Positions 47,559 to 56,898 of a stretch of DNA of 64,000 nt are shown piece after piece. The notes under the pieces were generated by a model. The model had not been told where the DNA came from. It did not search any database and was given only the letters and a program-made list of their open reading frames with translations. Source of the stretch: Acidimicrobiales bacterium (GTDB taxonomy: Bacteria; Actinomycetota; Acidimicrobiia; Acidimicrobiales; MedAcidi-G1); NCBI GenBank assembly GCA_022452035.1, contig JAKURV010000005.1, positions 19,651 through 83,650 on the forward strand, written 5' to 3'. Each line of letters starts with the position of its first letter. Within the stretch, counting starts at the first letter, position 1. Both the position numbers and the translations under genes were made by a program.

Positions 47559-48683
47559 TTACTCGCCGCCCGCGTTGAGGGTCACTTCCACTCGACGCCA
47601 GTTCTTACCGGTGGTGTCCACGCCGCGGTTCTTCAACATCTCCACGGCCGCCTCGGCGTACTCCGTTGTGTACGCACCGGAGTCGGGCGCTGCGGCGAGG
47701 ATGCCCTGGCTAGTCGCCACGTTGATGGTCTGGGCCCACAGGTCCTCGTCCATCACGCCGGCCCCGTCGGGCGACGGCCAGATCAGGCCGTTGATTTCGT
47801 TCATCTGCCACGCCTGATGTGATGCACCAAGCGACGAGCCGTTGTTGAGCACGATTTCAACACACTCCGCTGAGTTGTCGCGGCAGTGCATCCAACCCTC
47901 AAGAGAGGCAGCCACAAAGCGAGTGGTGATGTCGGCGTAGTCCGCGTTACCGAGTCGGGCGCCGTCGGCCCAGAGGGCGTCCTGGAGCATGGCCGTCCCT
48001 TCGTCGTTCCAGTCGATGACCGACAGGTCGTCCGCGGTGACACGCAGACCGGTGGCCGGGTTGGTTGACTCAAGCATCTGGGCGTACTCGTTGTAGATCA
48101 TTGCCTGGGCGGCGTCGATCTCCCCGTTGAGCAGGGCCAGCATGTCAAAGCTCTGCTGGACCAGTTCGTAGTCGCTGGACGGATCCAGACCCGCTTTGCG
48201 CGAGCCGGCTAGGAGCTCGAACTCGTTGCCCCAGCCCCAGTTGCCTACGACCTTGCCAGCCAGGTCCGCGGGACTGTTGATGCCGGCGTCGGCCCACGAG
48301 ACCTGCAGGGTTCCCGAGCGCTGGAATACCTGGGCCACGTTTACGATGTCCATGCCCTCCTCGCGCGGCACTAGAGCCTTGGGCACCCACGACACGGCGA
48401 AATCCACAGCTCCTGAAGCCAACTGCTGATGGGGAGCGATGTCGACACCGCCTTCGCGGATCTCCACGTCGAGGCAGTACTTCTCGTATATCCCCTCGTC
48501 GGCCGCGGCGTAATAACCAGCGAACTGGGCCTGGGTAAGCCACTGCAGCTGCAGCGAAACAGAGTCAACTGAGTCGCAGTCGCCAACGCCGACCGCAGCT
48601 TCGTCATCGCCACAAGCAGTAGCAAACAACGTAAGGACTGCTAGCACCGCCAGCAGTCTCGTCGTCAATCGCTTCTTCATCAT
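47559..48683 (-). CDS. ABC transporter substrate-binding lipoprotein, NMT1/THI5 (NitT/TauT) family
   Basis: Signal peptide MMKKRLTTRLLAVLAVLTLFATAC, then LQLQWLTQAQFAGYYAA typical of NMT1-like binding proteins. Confidence 0.8.
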   Translation of the reverse strand: MMKKRLTTRLLAVLAVLTLFATACGDDEAAVGVGDCDSVDSVSLQLQWLTQAQFAGYYAAADEGIYEKYCLDVEIREGGVDIAPHQQLASGAVDFAVSWVPKALVPREEGMDIVNVAQVFQRSGTLQVSWADAGINSPADLAGKVVGNWGWGNEFELLAGSRKAGLDPSSDYELVQQSFDMLALLNGEIDAAQAMIYNEYAQMLESTNPATGLRVTADDLSVIDWNDEGTAMLQDALWADGARLGNADYADITTRFVAASLEGWMHCRDNSAECVEIVLNNGSSLGASHQAWQMNEINGLIWPSPDGAGVMDEDLWAQTINVATSQGILAAAPDSGAYTTEYAEAAVEMLKNRGVDTTGKNWRRVEVTLNAGGE

Positions 48684-49492
48684 TCCCTCCCGGGTGTAGT
48701 TGTGTACTCGCCGTCCCCCATCGCCGCTCGCCAAGGCATGCTTGCGCGCTCAACTAGTAGGGCTATAGCGAACAAAGTTAGGCCAAGAGCCGACGCGACT
48801 GCGATGGCGGCCCAAGCGACGTCGTATCTCACGAATGCGACGTTGGACGTGATCACGTTGCCGATGCGGTCCTGGGGGCCGCCGAAGTACTCGGCCACGA
48901 TCGCGGCGATTACCGACAGGGGCGCCACTAACCGGAGGGAGTTGGCGAAAAACGGAAGAGCGTTGGGAATTCGAACCTCCCGAAGGATCGTCCACTCGCT
49001 AGCCGCGTAGGAATGCATGAGCTCAATCTCATCGGGATGTACTTCGGTGAGGCCTCGAGACGTGTTGATGAAAACCGGAAAGAAGACCACGGCAATTACT
49101 ACGGCCTGGTTACTGAGCGTTCCGGTGATCCCGAACCAGGCATTGAAGATGGGAGCAAGGGCCACTATGGGCGTGGCGTTGACGACCACGGCAAGTGGTG
49201 TAAGCCCCTCTTCGAGGGTACGAAAGCGTGTGGTCACGAAAGCCAGCGCTACGCCGGTCATGATGCCGATCAGCAGGCCACTTACCGCGATCCATCCTGT
49301 CTCCCATATGGCATGTCGCAGAACGGGCCAATTGTCGACAAGCTCTTCCATGATCGACGTGGGCCTTGGCAGCAGGAACTCCCGAATTCCGAATCCCCTT
49401 ACGAACGCTTCCCAGAGCAGGAGACCGACAACACCCACCGTGATCGGCGGCCCTAGGACAGAAATCCGGCCGCGAAGTTGCCGAACCATCAT
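48680..49492 (-). CDS. ABC transporter permease (NitT/TauT family)
   Basis: Six hydrophobic segments and an EAA-like loop SYAASEWTILREVRIPNALP. Confidence 0.85.
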   Translation of the reverse strand: MMVRQLRGRISVLGPPITVGVVGLLLWEAFVRGFGIREFLLPRPTSIMEELVDNWPVLRHAIWETGWIAVSGLLIGIMTGVALAFVTTRFRTLEEGLTPLAVVVNATPIVALAPIFNAWFGITGTLSNQAVVIAVVFFPVFINTSRGLTEVHPDEIELMHSYAASEWTILREVRIPNALPFFANSLRLVAPLSVIAAIVAEYFGGPQDRIGNVITSNVAFVRYDVAWAAIAVASALGLTLFAIALLVERASMPWRAAMGDGEYTTTPGRE

Positions 49493-50283
49493 CCACCGCC
49501 CTCCACAGCCCGGAGCGCTTCGCGGATTTCAGTGGCCTTCGCGAAGAAGGCTGGATCTTGCCGCGTATCGTCGCTGCGCTCACCTAGGTCAACGTCAACT
49601 ACAGAGTGGATACGGCCGGGCCGTGGTGACAAGACCACTACTCGGTTGGAGAGAAAAGCCGATTCGGGTACCGAGTGGGTGACGAATACCACGGTGGTGT
49701 GGGTTTCTCGCCATATCCGAAGTAGTTCAAGTTGCATGTGCTCACGGGTCATCTCATCGAGCGCCCCGAAAGGCTCGTCCATCAGTAACAACTTCGGCTG
49801 GAACGAGAGAGCCCTGGCGATAGACACCCGTTGTTGCATGCCGCCGCTGAGTTGGCGGGGGTAGTGCCCACCGAAGTCTTCAAGCCTGACCAACTCGAGC
49901 ATTTCTGCCGATCGGGCTGACCTGTCAGCCTTCGACCAGCCACGAAGTTCGAGTGGCAGCTCGATGTTGGCCAGCACCCGACGCCAATCGAATAGACCGG
50001 AATGCTGGAACACCATGCCGTAGTCCTGATCCAGGCGAGCCTCGTGGGCTGATTTGCCGAATACCGTCAACGCTCCCGTGGTTGGGGCGAGCAAGTCGCC
50101 AATCAGGCGCAAGAGAGTCGACTTGCCGCAACCCGAGGGGCCAATCAGCGATATGAACTCTCCGGCCTCAACGGTCAGGTTGATGTCAGACAACGCTGCT
50201 ACCTCGGAATCGCTCCCGACGTTAAAGACCTTGTCGACCCCATCTACGACAACCGCTTTTTCTGCCAGAACTGGATTACTCAT
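49489..50283 (-). CDS. ABC transporter ATP-binding protein
   Basis: GPSGCGKST, LSGGMQQR, LLLMDEPFGALD. Confidence 0.9.
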   Translation of the reverse strand: MSNPVLAEKAVVVDGVDKVFNVGSDSEVAALSDINLTVEAGEFISLIGPSGCGKSTLLRLIGDLLAPTTGALTVFGKSAHEARLDQDYGMVFQHSGLFDWRRVLANIELPLELRGWSKADRSARSAEMLELVRLEDFGGHYPRQLSGGMQQRVSIARALSFQPKLLLMDEPFGALDEMTREHMQLELLRIWRETHTTVVFVTHSVPESAFLSNRVVVLSPRPGRIHSVVDVDLGERSDDTRQDPAFFAKATEIREALRAVEGGG

Positions 50284-51149
50284 GACGTGACCTCACCTGT
50301 GCGCCGAACCACGATCCATTCGGCCAGGGAGATCAGTCCAAAAACCAAGAGGCCAAGCACCGCTGCACCAATCACGGACGCGTAGAGCCGCTCAGGCGAG
50401 ACGGCGTAGCGCTGCGCGTATTCAAGGATCGCCCGTCCCAGGCCGGTCTTTGTGCCGATGGAGATCTCACCAACGATTGCCCCAACAACGCTGAGTGTTG
50501 CTGCAATTTTCAATGCAGGGAATAGGTAGGCACGTGCGGCAGGAAGCCTCAGCTTGACCAGGGTGGTCCGCCAGGGAGCTGCGTAGGAACGCATGAGCTC
50601 CACGTGGGCAGAATCGGGGGACTGCAAGCCCCGAAGCGCGCTGACGGCGACTGGGAAGAAAGTTAGGTAGGCAGCGATCAGTGAGATTGAAAGCATGTCG
50701 GGTAGGTCCTGCTGGCGCCCCCAGGTCACGATGATCGGTGCTAGAGCGATCAGTGGAATCGTCTGGGACACGTTGATCCACGGCAGCAGCCCGCGTTCGG
50801 CAACCCGCCAACGGAGCATAAGGATGGCCAGACTGAGGCCGACTGTGAGACCGAGGGTGAACCCGATGGCCGCCTCCTGAAGGGTGAACCAACCCTTCTT
50901 CAGCAGGAATAGGAACAGCGGTAAACGGGCCCGGCCATCTCGGACCTCTTCGAACAGTTCGTCGGCGATGTCCATTGCGTGGGGCATGGTGAGGTCATCG
51001 GTTGACGCTGGGAGCTCGATTGAAGTTCCGGGCCAGTAGTCACCGGTCTGTTGACCAATCCACTTGTAGCCCTCCCACATGCCGAAGAGGAGGACGACCG
51101 CGGCAAGCACGGTCATGGCTACACGAAGCCACTTTCCGCCGTGCGCCAT
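50280..51149 (-). CDS. ABC transporter permease (second TMD)
   Basis: EAA-like loop RSYAAPWRTTLVKLRLPAA. 4-nt overlap with the ATPase gene. Confidence 0.85.
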   Translation of the reverse strand: MAHGGKWLRVAMTVLAAVVLLFGMWEGYKWIGQQTGDYWPGTSIELPASTDDLTMPHAMDIADELFEEVRDGRARLPLFLFLLKKGWFTLQEAAIGFTLGLTVGLSLAILMLRWRVAERGLLPWINVSQTIPLIALAPIIVTWGRQQDLPDMLSISLIAAYLTFFPVAVSALRGLQSPDSAHVELMRSYAAPWRTTLVKLRLPAARAYLFPALKIAATLSVVGAIVGEISIGTKTGLGRAILEYAQRYAVSPERLYASVIGAAVLGLLVFGLISLAEWIVVRRTGEVTS

Positions 51150-51241
51150 TAGGCACCGGGGCCAGGGCTCAGGGGACTCTCATTTCGAAAGGCCCTGTAG
51201 TCACTGCGCCCACGATGTTCTTGGACGTCTTGACGCATCGT

Positions 51242-52144
51242 TCAACGGCCATCTGCGTTGTTCGGTGGCAGATTCGCGGGGGCGAATCGCCGTTGTCTCT
51301 CCATCAAACTGCACCAGTCCCAAGTGGTTCCCCCCATGGCGTCGACATCTGCCAGGAACTGGCCCACCAATGCCGTGACCGGAAGTGAAACACCCATGGA
51401 AGAGGCCTCCTCGAGAACAAGCCCTATGTCCTTTCGCATCAGCGCGGTGGAGAAGCCGAAGTCGTATTCACCGGCCAGCATCTTGTCGGCCCGATTTTCC
51501 ATCTGCCAGGAAGTTGAGGAACCTTGCAACATCGCATCGACCACATTCTCGACCTCAAGTCCAGCCCGAGAGGCAAAGTCCAGACCTTCGGCAAGTGCCT
51601 GACATAGCCCGACCACACAGATCTGATTGGTCATCTTGGTCAGTTGGCCTGCGCCCACCGGACCCATGTGTCGCACTCGTGAGGCGTAGATCTCTACTAA
51701 GGGCGTAACTCTGGCAAATGCGCTTTCATCACCGCCAACCATTACCGAGAGCTCACCCCGGCGCGCTCCATCGACACCGCCGGAGACAGGCCCGTCAAGA
51801 AAGTGGCCACCAACCGCGGATATGCCGCTTCCTAACTCGCAAGCGATCCGCGCAGAGGTTGTGGAGTGGTCAATCCAGATTGCCTCTTCAGCGATGGCGG
51901 GCAGAACGTGTTTCGCGACTTCTGCCAACTCCTGATCTGAGGGCAGCGAGGTGATGATGAACTGCGCGTCAGTGACCGCCGACTCCACTGAGGCGGCCTC
52001 CGTGCCGTTGTGCTCTTCGACCCACCGACCTGTGAGGCCATCGACGACATCGAAAACCGCTAAATCATGGGCATCACTGTGGTCGGCCAAATGTCCAGCG
52101 ATGTGCCAGCCCATGCGCCCAAGGCCAAGGCACGCGACCCTCAT
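51242..52144 (-). CDS. NAD(P)-dependent beta-hydroxyacid dehydrogenase (3-hydroxyisobutyrate/6-phosphogluconate dehydrogenase family)
   Basis: MRVACLGLGRMG Rossmann start, DGPVSGG, and a conserved C-terminal helical domain. Confidence 0.8.
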   Translation of the reverse strand: MRVACLGLGRMGWHIAGHLADHSDAHDLAVFDVVDGLTGRWVEEHNGTEAASVESAVTDAQFIITSLPSDQELAEVAKHVLPAIAEEAIWIDHSTTSARIACELGSGISAVGGHFLDGPVSGGVDGARRGELSVMVGGDESAFARVTPLVEIYASRVRHMGPVGAGQLTKMTNQICVVGLCQALAEGLDFASRAGLEVENVVDAMLQGSSTSWQMENRADKMLAGEYDFGFSTALMRKDIGLVLEEASSMGVSLPVTALVGQFLADVDAMGGTTWDWCSLMERQRRFAPANLPPNNADGR

Positions 52145-52734
52145 GCCGGCACGCCGGGTTGACCCCGATCATCCAGGGTGAAACCTCCGGCAAGGCGCGC
52201 ATTTATCCGTCCGCCAATTGCCATGGCAAGGATCAGTACCAACTCATCCGGTCGTGGTGCGTCTGGAACTCCTACCTCGATTGCGTCGTAATGGCTTCCG
52301 ACGTAAGACCACTCGAGGTGGGTAAGGGGGATGTCTAGCCTTGCTCCGAGCGGTCCTACTTTCTTGGTGGACGGGACGATGGCCTCTCCCTTTCCGAGGG
52401 CAGCCCTCATCCCGCCGCCACCAGGGATGTGCCACATGGCGCCGTGTTCGATCTCTCCCTCTGCCCCGACGATCGCTCCTTTGCCATAGCTGTCAATAGC
52501 GTGAGGATCGCCACCTAGGTGCCCAACAAGCAACTCACCCAGTTGATGGCCCAGGTCGCGTAGTTCCTCCGCAGCAGGGCTCAGATCGGCCACGTAGTCA
52601 CCAACGAATGGATTGCTCACAACAGCCGCGACGGCCCCTTTCAATGGGGGCCGACTTGGCAACGGGCCGAAGTCGTGGTGGGTTTCTTCGACCACGACGT
52701 AGGTCTTTCTTTGCCTAAATAACAAGGTGGTCAC
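52141..52734 (-). CDS. amino acid synthesis family protein (DUF1185), function unknown
   Basis: PPLKGAVAAVVSNPFVGDYVADLSP...IDSYGKGAIVGAEGEIEHGAMWH matches my memory of DUF1185. ATGA overlap with the downstream dehydrogenase. Confidence 0.6.
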   Translation of the reverse strand: MTTLLFRQRKTYVVVEETHHDFGPLPSRPPLKGAVAAVVSNPFVGDYVADLSPAAEELRDLGHQLGELLVGHLGGDPHAIDSYGKGAIVGAEGEIEHGAMWHIPGGGGMRAALGKGEAIVPSTKKVGPLGARLDIPLTHLEWSYVGSHYDAIEVGVPDAPRPDELVLILAMAIGGRINARLAGGFTLDDRGQPGVPA

Positions 52735-52800
52735 GCTCTCTCAGTTGTTGCGTCCAGGTCAGGTCGGAAGTGATTCGACCTAGAGGTGGTGCTGAATCTG

Positions 52801-53802
52801 TTAACGGGCTAGAGCCGGGATAATTTTCCGGCCGTATGCGTCAAGGGTCTCGTCCTTCTGGTCGTGCATTAGGTAGATGGCGAACTGGTCCACACCGAGG
52901 CTCTCGAGTTCGCGGAGCCGAGCGATGTGGGCATCCTCTTCGCCGAGGATGCAGAACCGGTCGATGACCTCGTCGGGTACGAAGTCGGTGTGCTCGTTGC
53001 CGGCCCGACCGTGTTCCGTGTAGTCGTAGCCCTTCCGACCCTCGATGTATTCGGTTAGGGCTTGGGGCACCGCCGACCCGTCGGCGCCATACCGGCCGAC
53101 GAGGTCGGCCACGTGGTTGCCGACCATCCCGCCGAACCAACGCACCTGGTCGCGCTGGTGGGCGAGGTCATCGCCGACGTAGGCCGGAGCCACCACGGTG
53201 ATAGTCAGAGACTCGGGGTCTCGCCCGGCGTCAGCCGCAGCCCGCTTCACCGCGGCAATGGTCCACTCGGCGATCTGCGGGTCGGCCAACTGGAGTACAA
53301 ACCCGTCGGCCTTGCGCCCGCACAGGTCCAGGGCCTTCGGCCCGTAGGCGGCCATCCACACGGGCAATGACCCATCGTGGCGCCATGGAAGGGTCTGGGT
53401 GGTGCCGTTGTACTCGACGACGTCACCCTCAGCTAGGCCCTTGATGACCCCCATCGACTCCTCGAGGGTGGCCAGGTTGCATGGCTTGTGGCCGATGACG
53501 CGCATGGCCGAGTCGCCGCGGCCAATGGCACATACCGTGCGCTCGCCGTACATGTCGTTGAGGGTGGCGAACAGCGATCCGATGACCGTCCAGTCCCGAG
53601 TTCCGGGGTTGGTCACCATCGGACCGACAACCATCTCCGAGGTCGCGGCCAGCATGGCGCTGTAGATCACGAAGGGTTCCTGCCAAAGCACATGGCTGTC
53701 GAACGTGTAGCCGTGAGTAAACCCGAGGGCCTCGGCCTGACGGGCCAGGTCAACCACGCGCCAAGCTGGGGGGTCGGTCTGTAGCACCACCCCAAAGTCC
53801 AT
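52801..53802 (-). CDS. LLM-class (luciferase-like) flavin/F420-dependent oxidoreductase
   Basis: MDFGVVLQTDPP...LGFTHGYTFDSHVLWQEPF...GPMVTNPGTRDW...AIGRGDSA, typical of the F420-dependent LLM subclass. Confidence 0.75.
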   Translation of the reverse strand: MDFGVVLQTDPPAWRVVDLARQAEALGFTHGYTFDSHVLWQEPFVIYSAMLAATSEMVVGPMVTNPGTRDWTVIGSLFATLNDMYGERTVCAIGRGDSAMRVIGHKPCNLATLEESMGVIKGLAEGDVVEYNGTTQTLPWRHDGSLPVWMAAYGPKALDLCGRKADGFVLQLADPQIAEWTIAAVKRAAADAGRDPESLTITVVAPAYVGDDLAHQRDQVRWFGGMVGNHVADLVGRYGADGSAVPQALTEYIEGRKGYDYTEHGRAGNEHTDFVPDEVIDRFCILGEEDAHIARLRELESLGVDQFAIYLMHDQKDETLDAYGRKIIPALAR

Positions 53803-53856
53803 CCGACTTTCCCCTTTCGTGTCTTTCCTCGCCGAACAGGCCGCCCAGCTCTCCGG

Positions 53857-55344
53857 TCAGTCGTTGCGTGGGAACCCCAAATCGACGCTGCTGGTCGACG
53901 GATCGGGCCACCGGCTGGTCAGCACCTTGGGCCGTGTGTAGAACCTGAGGCCCTCCGGTCCGTACATGGTCGTGTCGCCGAATGCCGAGTCGTTCCACCC
54001 ACCGAACGAGTGGTAGCCGACCGGTACCGGAATGGGCACGTTGATGCCGACCATGCCGGCGTCGGCGTCCCGCTGGAACTGCCGGGCCGCTCCGCCGTCA
54101 CGGGTAAATATGGCCGCCCCGTTTCCGAACGGGTTGTCGCGGATCATCTGCACGCCATCGGCGTAGCTGTCGGCGCGAACCACGGAGAGGACCGGTCCGA
54201 AGATCTCGTCGGTGTAGACGCTCATGTCGGTAGTCACGTGGTCAAGCAATGTCACGCCGAGGAAGAAGCCGTCGCTGTCGAAGGCCTGGTCTCGACCGTC
54301 GACGACCACCTCGCATCCGGCATCGGCACCGGCCTGAACATAGCCAGCAACCCGGTCTCGGGCCTCCCTGGTGATCAGCGGCCCCATCTCGGACCCAGGG
54401 TCGGTGCCCGGACCGACGACCAGTTTCTCCATACGGACCTTGATGGCGTTCACCAGTTGGTCGCCAACGTCGCCGACGGCCACGACGACCGAGATGGCCA
54501 TGCACCGTTCTCCCGCTGATCCGTAGGCGGCCGAGACGGCAGCGTCGGCCGCCATCTCCACGTCGGCATCGGGCAGGACAACCATGTGGTTCTTGGCTCC
54601 GCCGAGGGCCTGGGCCCGCTTGCCATGGGCTGTGGCCGAGGCGTACACGTACTTCGCGATCGGCGTGGAGCCGACGAAGCTCAGTGCCTTCACGTCAGGA
54701 TGCTCGAGGAGGCGATCGACGGCCACCTTGTCGCCGTTGACCACGTTTAGGACACCGGGAGGGAAACCGGCCTCCTGGAATAGTTCGGCGACGAACATCG
54801 GCGCTGACGGATCGCGTTCCGACGGCTTCAGCACGAATGTGTTTCCGCAAGCCACCGCGTTGGGGAACATCCACATCGGCACCATGGCCGGGAAGTTGAA
54901 CGGGGTGATGCCAGCCACCACGCCGAGGGGCTGACGGACCGTGTAGACGTCGACTCCGCTGCTGGCTTGTTCACTGTGGGTGCCCTTCAGGGCATCGGCC
55001 ACGCCGCAGGAGAACTCGATGTTCTCGATTCCCCGGGCTACCTCGCCCCGTGCGTCGTCCAGGACCTTGCCGTGCTCGGCGGTGAGCCTCTGCGCGATCT
55101 CGTCGGAGTTGTCGACAACCAGGTTGCGGAAGGCCAGCAGCAGCTTGGTCCGCCGAGCCAGGGAGACGCCTCCCCACTCGTCGAACGCCGCCTTCGCCGA
55201 GGCCACCGCGGCATCTACCTCGGCTGCCGAAGCCAGGGCCACCTTTGCGGTCTGCTCGCCGGTGGCCGGGTCGAACACCGGCCCGGTGTCCCCCGACGAC
55301 CCGGTCACGGTATGACCGTCAATCAGGTGCTGGATCTCGTACAT
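53857..55344 (-). CDS. mmsA: CoA-acylating methylmalonate/malonate-semialdehyde dehydrogenase
   Basis: ITPFNFPAMVPMWMFPNAVACGNTFVLKPSERDP and GERCMA catalytic Cys. Confidence 0.85.
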   Translation of the reverse strand: MYEIQHLIDGHTVTGSSGDTGPVFDPATGEQTAKVALASAAEVDAAVASAKAAFDEWGGVSLARRTKLLLAFRNLVVDNSDEIAQRLTAEHGKVLDDARGEVARGIENIEFSCGVADALKGTHSEQASSGVDVYTVRQPLGVVAGITPFNFPAMVPMWMFPNAVACGNTFVLKPSERDPSAPMFVAELFQEAGFPPGVLNVVNGDKVAVDRLLEHPDVKALSFVGSTPIAKYVYASATAHGKRAQALGGAKNHMVVLPDADVEMAADAAVSAAYGSAGERCMAISVVVAVGDVGDQLVNAIKVRMEKLVVGPGTDPGSEMGPLITREARDRVAGYVQAGADAGCEVVVDGRDQAFDSDGFFLGVTLLDHVTTDMSVYTDEIFGPVLSVVRADSYADGVQMIRDNPFGNGAAIFTRDGGAARQFQRDADAGMVGINVPIPVPVGYHSFGGWNDSAFGDTTMYGPEGLRFYTRPKVLTSRWPDPSTSSVDLGFPRND

Positions 55345-55436
55345 GGTCTGGTGTCCGTTCGTGGTCGCCGTCCGACCGGTCAGACGGGCGTGGTGGGTCC
55401 TACAAGACGGGGTGGATGCCCGTCCGGGATTGTGTC

Positions 55437-56849
55437 CTACTGCAAGTACGTCGATAGACCCCGGCGGAGGTAGGCCCCGTGGCCCTTCTGGCCGTGATAG
55501 GCGCCGTCCTCGATGAGGATCCGCCCCTTGGACATCACGGTGTCGACCTTGCCGTCGATCGTGGTGCCCTCGTAGGCGGAGTAGTCCATGCTCATGTGGT
55601 GAGTGTCGACCGAGATTTCTGTCCTCGCTGACGGGTCGTAGAGCACGATGTCAGCGTCCGAGCCCGGTGCGATCACGCCCTTCTGCGGGTACATGCCGAA
55701 CATCCGGGCCGGCGTGGTGGAACACGTCTCCACCCACCGCTCCAGGCTCAGCTCACCCATGACCACGCCCTGGTAGATGAGGTCCATGCGGTGCTCGACG
55801 CCGCCGATCCCGTTGGGGATGGCCCGGAAGTCGTCCTTTCCGAGCTCTTTCTGGTCCTTCATGCAGAAGGGGCAGTGGTCGGTGGCCACGATGGCCAGGT
55901 CGTTGGTGCGCAGGCCCCGCCACAGGTCCTTGTGGTGGGTGTGTTCCTTCGTCCGAAGGGGTGGTGAGCAGACGTAGCCCGCGCCGGCGAACCCGGGCAG
56001 CCCGAGGTGGTCTTCGAGGTTCAGGTACAGGTACTGGGGACAGGTCTCCGCGAACACGTTGTACCCGGCGTCGCGGGCCTCGGCCACCCGCTCAAGGGCC
56101 TCGCTGGCCGACAGGTGCACAAAGTAGACCGGCGCCCCGGCCACCAGGGCCAGTTGGATGGCCCGGTTGGTGGCCTCACCCTCCATCCGGGAGGGGCGGG
56201 TAATCCCGTGGTAGACGGGATCGGTCTGGCCGCGGGCTGCGGCCTGTTCGGACAGCACGTCGATAGCGATGCCGTTTTCGGCGTGCATGGTGATCAGGGC
56301 GCCGTTGTCGGCCGCCTTCTGCATAGCCCGGAGGATCTGGCCGTCGTCGCTGTAGAAGACGCCCGGGTAGGCCATGAAGAGCTTGAAGCTTGTGATGCCC
56401 TCGCCTACCAGGGCGTCCATCTCCTTAAGCGCCGCTTCGTCGACGCCGCCCAGGATCATGTGAAAGGCGTAGTCGACGGCACACTGGCCCTCGGCCTTCG
56501 CCTGCCATGTCTCGAGGCTGTCCCGGACGTTCTCTCCGGTTTTCTGCACGGCGAAGTCGACAATGGTGGTCGTACCCCCCCAGGCGGCGGCCCGGGTGCC
56601 GATCTCAAAGGTGTCTGAGGCAAAGGTTCCGCCGAACGGCAACTCCATGTGGGTATGGCAGTCGATCCCACCGGGTACCACGTACCTGCCGGTTGCGTCG
56701 ATGACCCGCTCAGCGCCCGACTCGGCCGATGTGGCCGCCGCCGAGCCCGGCTGGAGCACCGCAGAGATGGTCGTCCCGTCGACCAGAACCTCGGCGGTGT
56801 GGCGTCCGGTGGCGCTAACCACCGTCCCGTTCTTAATCAGCGTCGTCAT
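55437..56849 (-). CDS. dihydropyrimidinase / D-hydantoinase
   Basis: MTTLIKNGTVV...GGIDCHTHMELPFGG...FKLFMAY (carboxylated Lys region)...HAENG. ATG 56849 behind AAGGGGGAA. Confidence 0.85.
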   Translation of the reverse strand: MTTLIKNGTVVSATGRHTAEVLVDGTTISAVLQPGSAAATSAESGAERVIDATGRYVVPGGIDCHTHMELPFGGTFASDTFEIGTRAAAWGGTTTIVDFAVQKTGENVRDSLETWQAKAEGQCAVDYAFHMILGGVDEAALKEMDALVGEGITSFKLFMAYPGVFYSDDGQILRAMQKAADNGALITMHAENGIAIDVLSEQAAARGQTDPVYHGITRPSRMEGEATNRAIQLALVAGAPVYFVHLSASEALERVAEARDAGYNVFAETCPQYLYLNLEDHLGLPGFAGAGYVCSPPLRTKEHTHHKDLWRGLRTNDLAIVATDHCPFCMKDQKELGKDDFRAIPNGIGGVEHRMDLIYQGVVMGELSLERWVETCSTTPARMFGMYPQKGVIAPGSDADIVLYDPSARTEISVDTHHMSMDYSAYEGTTIDGKVDTVMSKGRILIEDGAYHGQKGHGAYLRRGLSTYLQ

Positions 56850-56898
56850 GTGTTCCCCCTTAGGAGCCACGCCCCGCGGCCCTCTCTCGATCCAGGCA

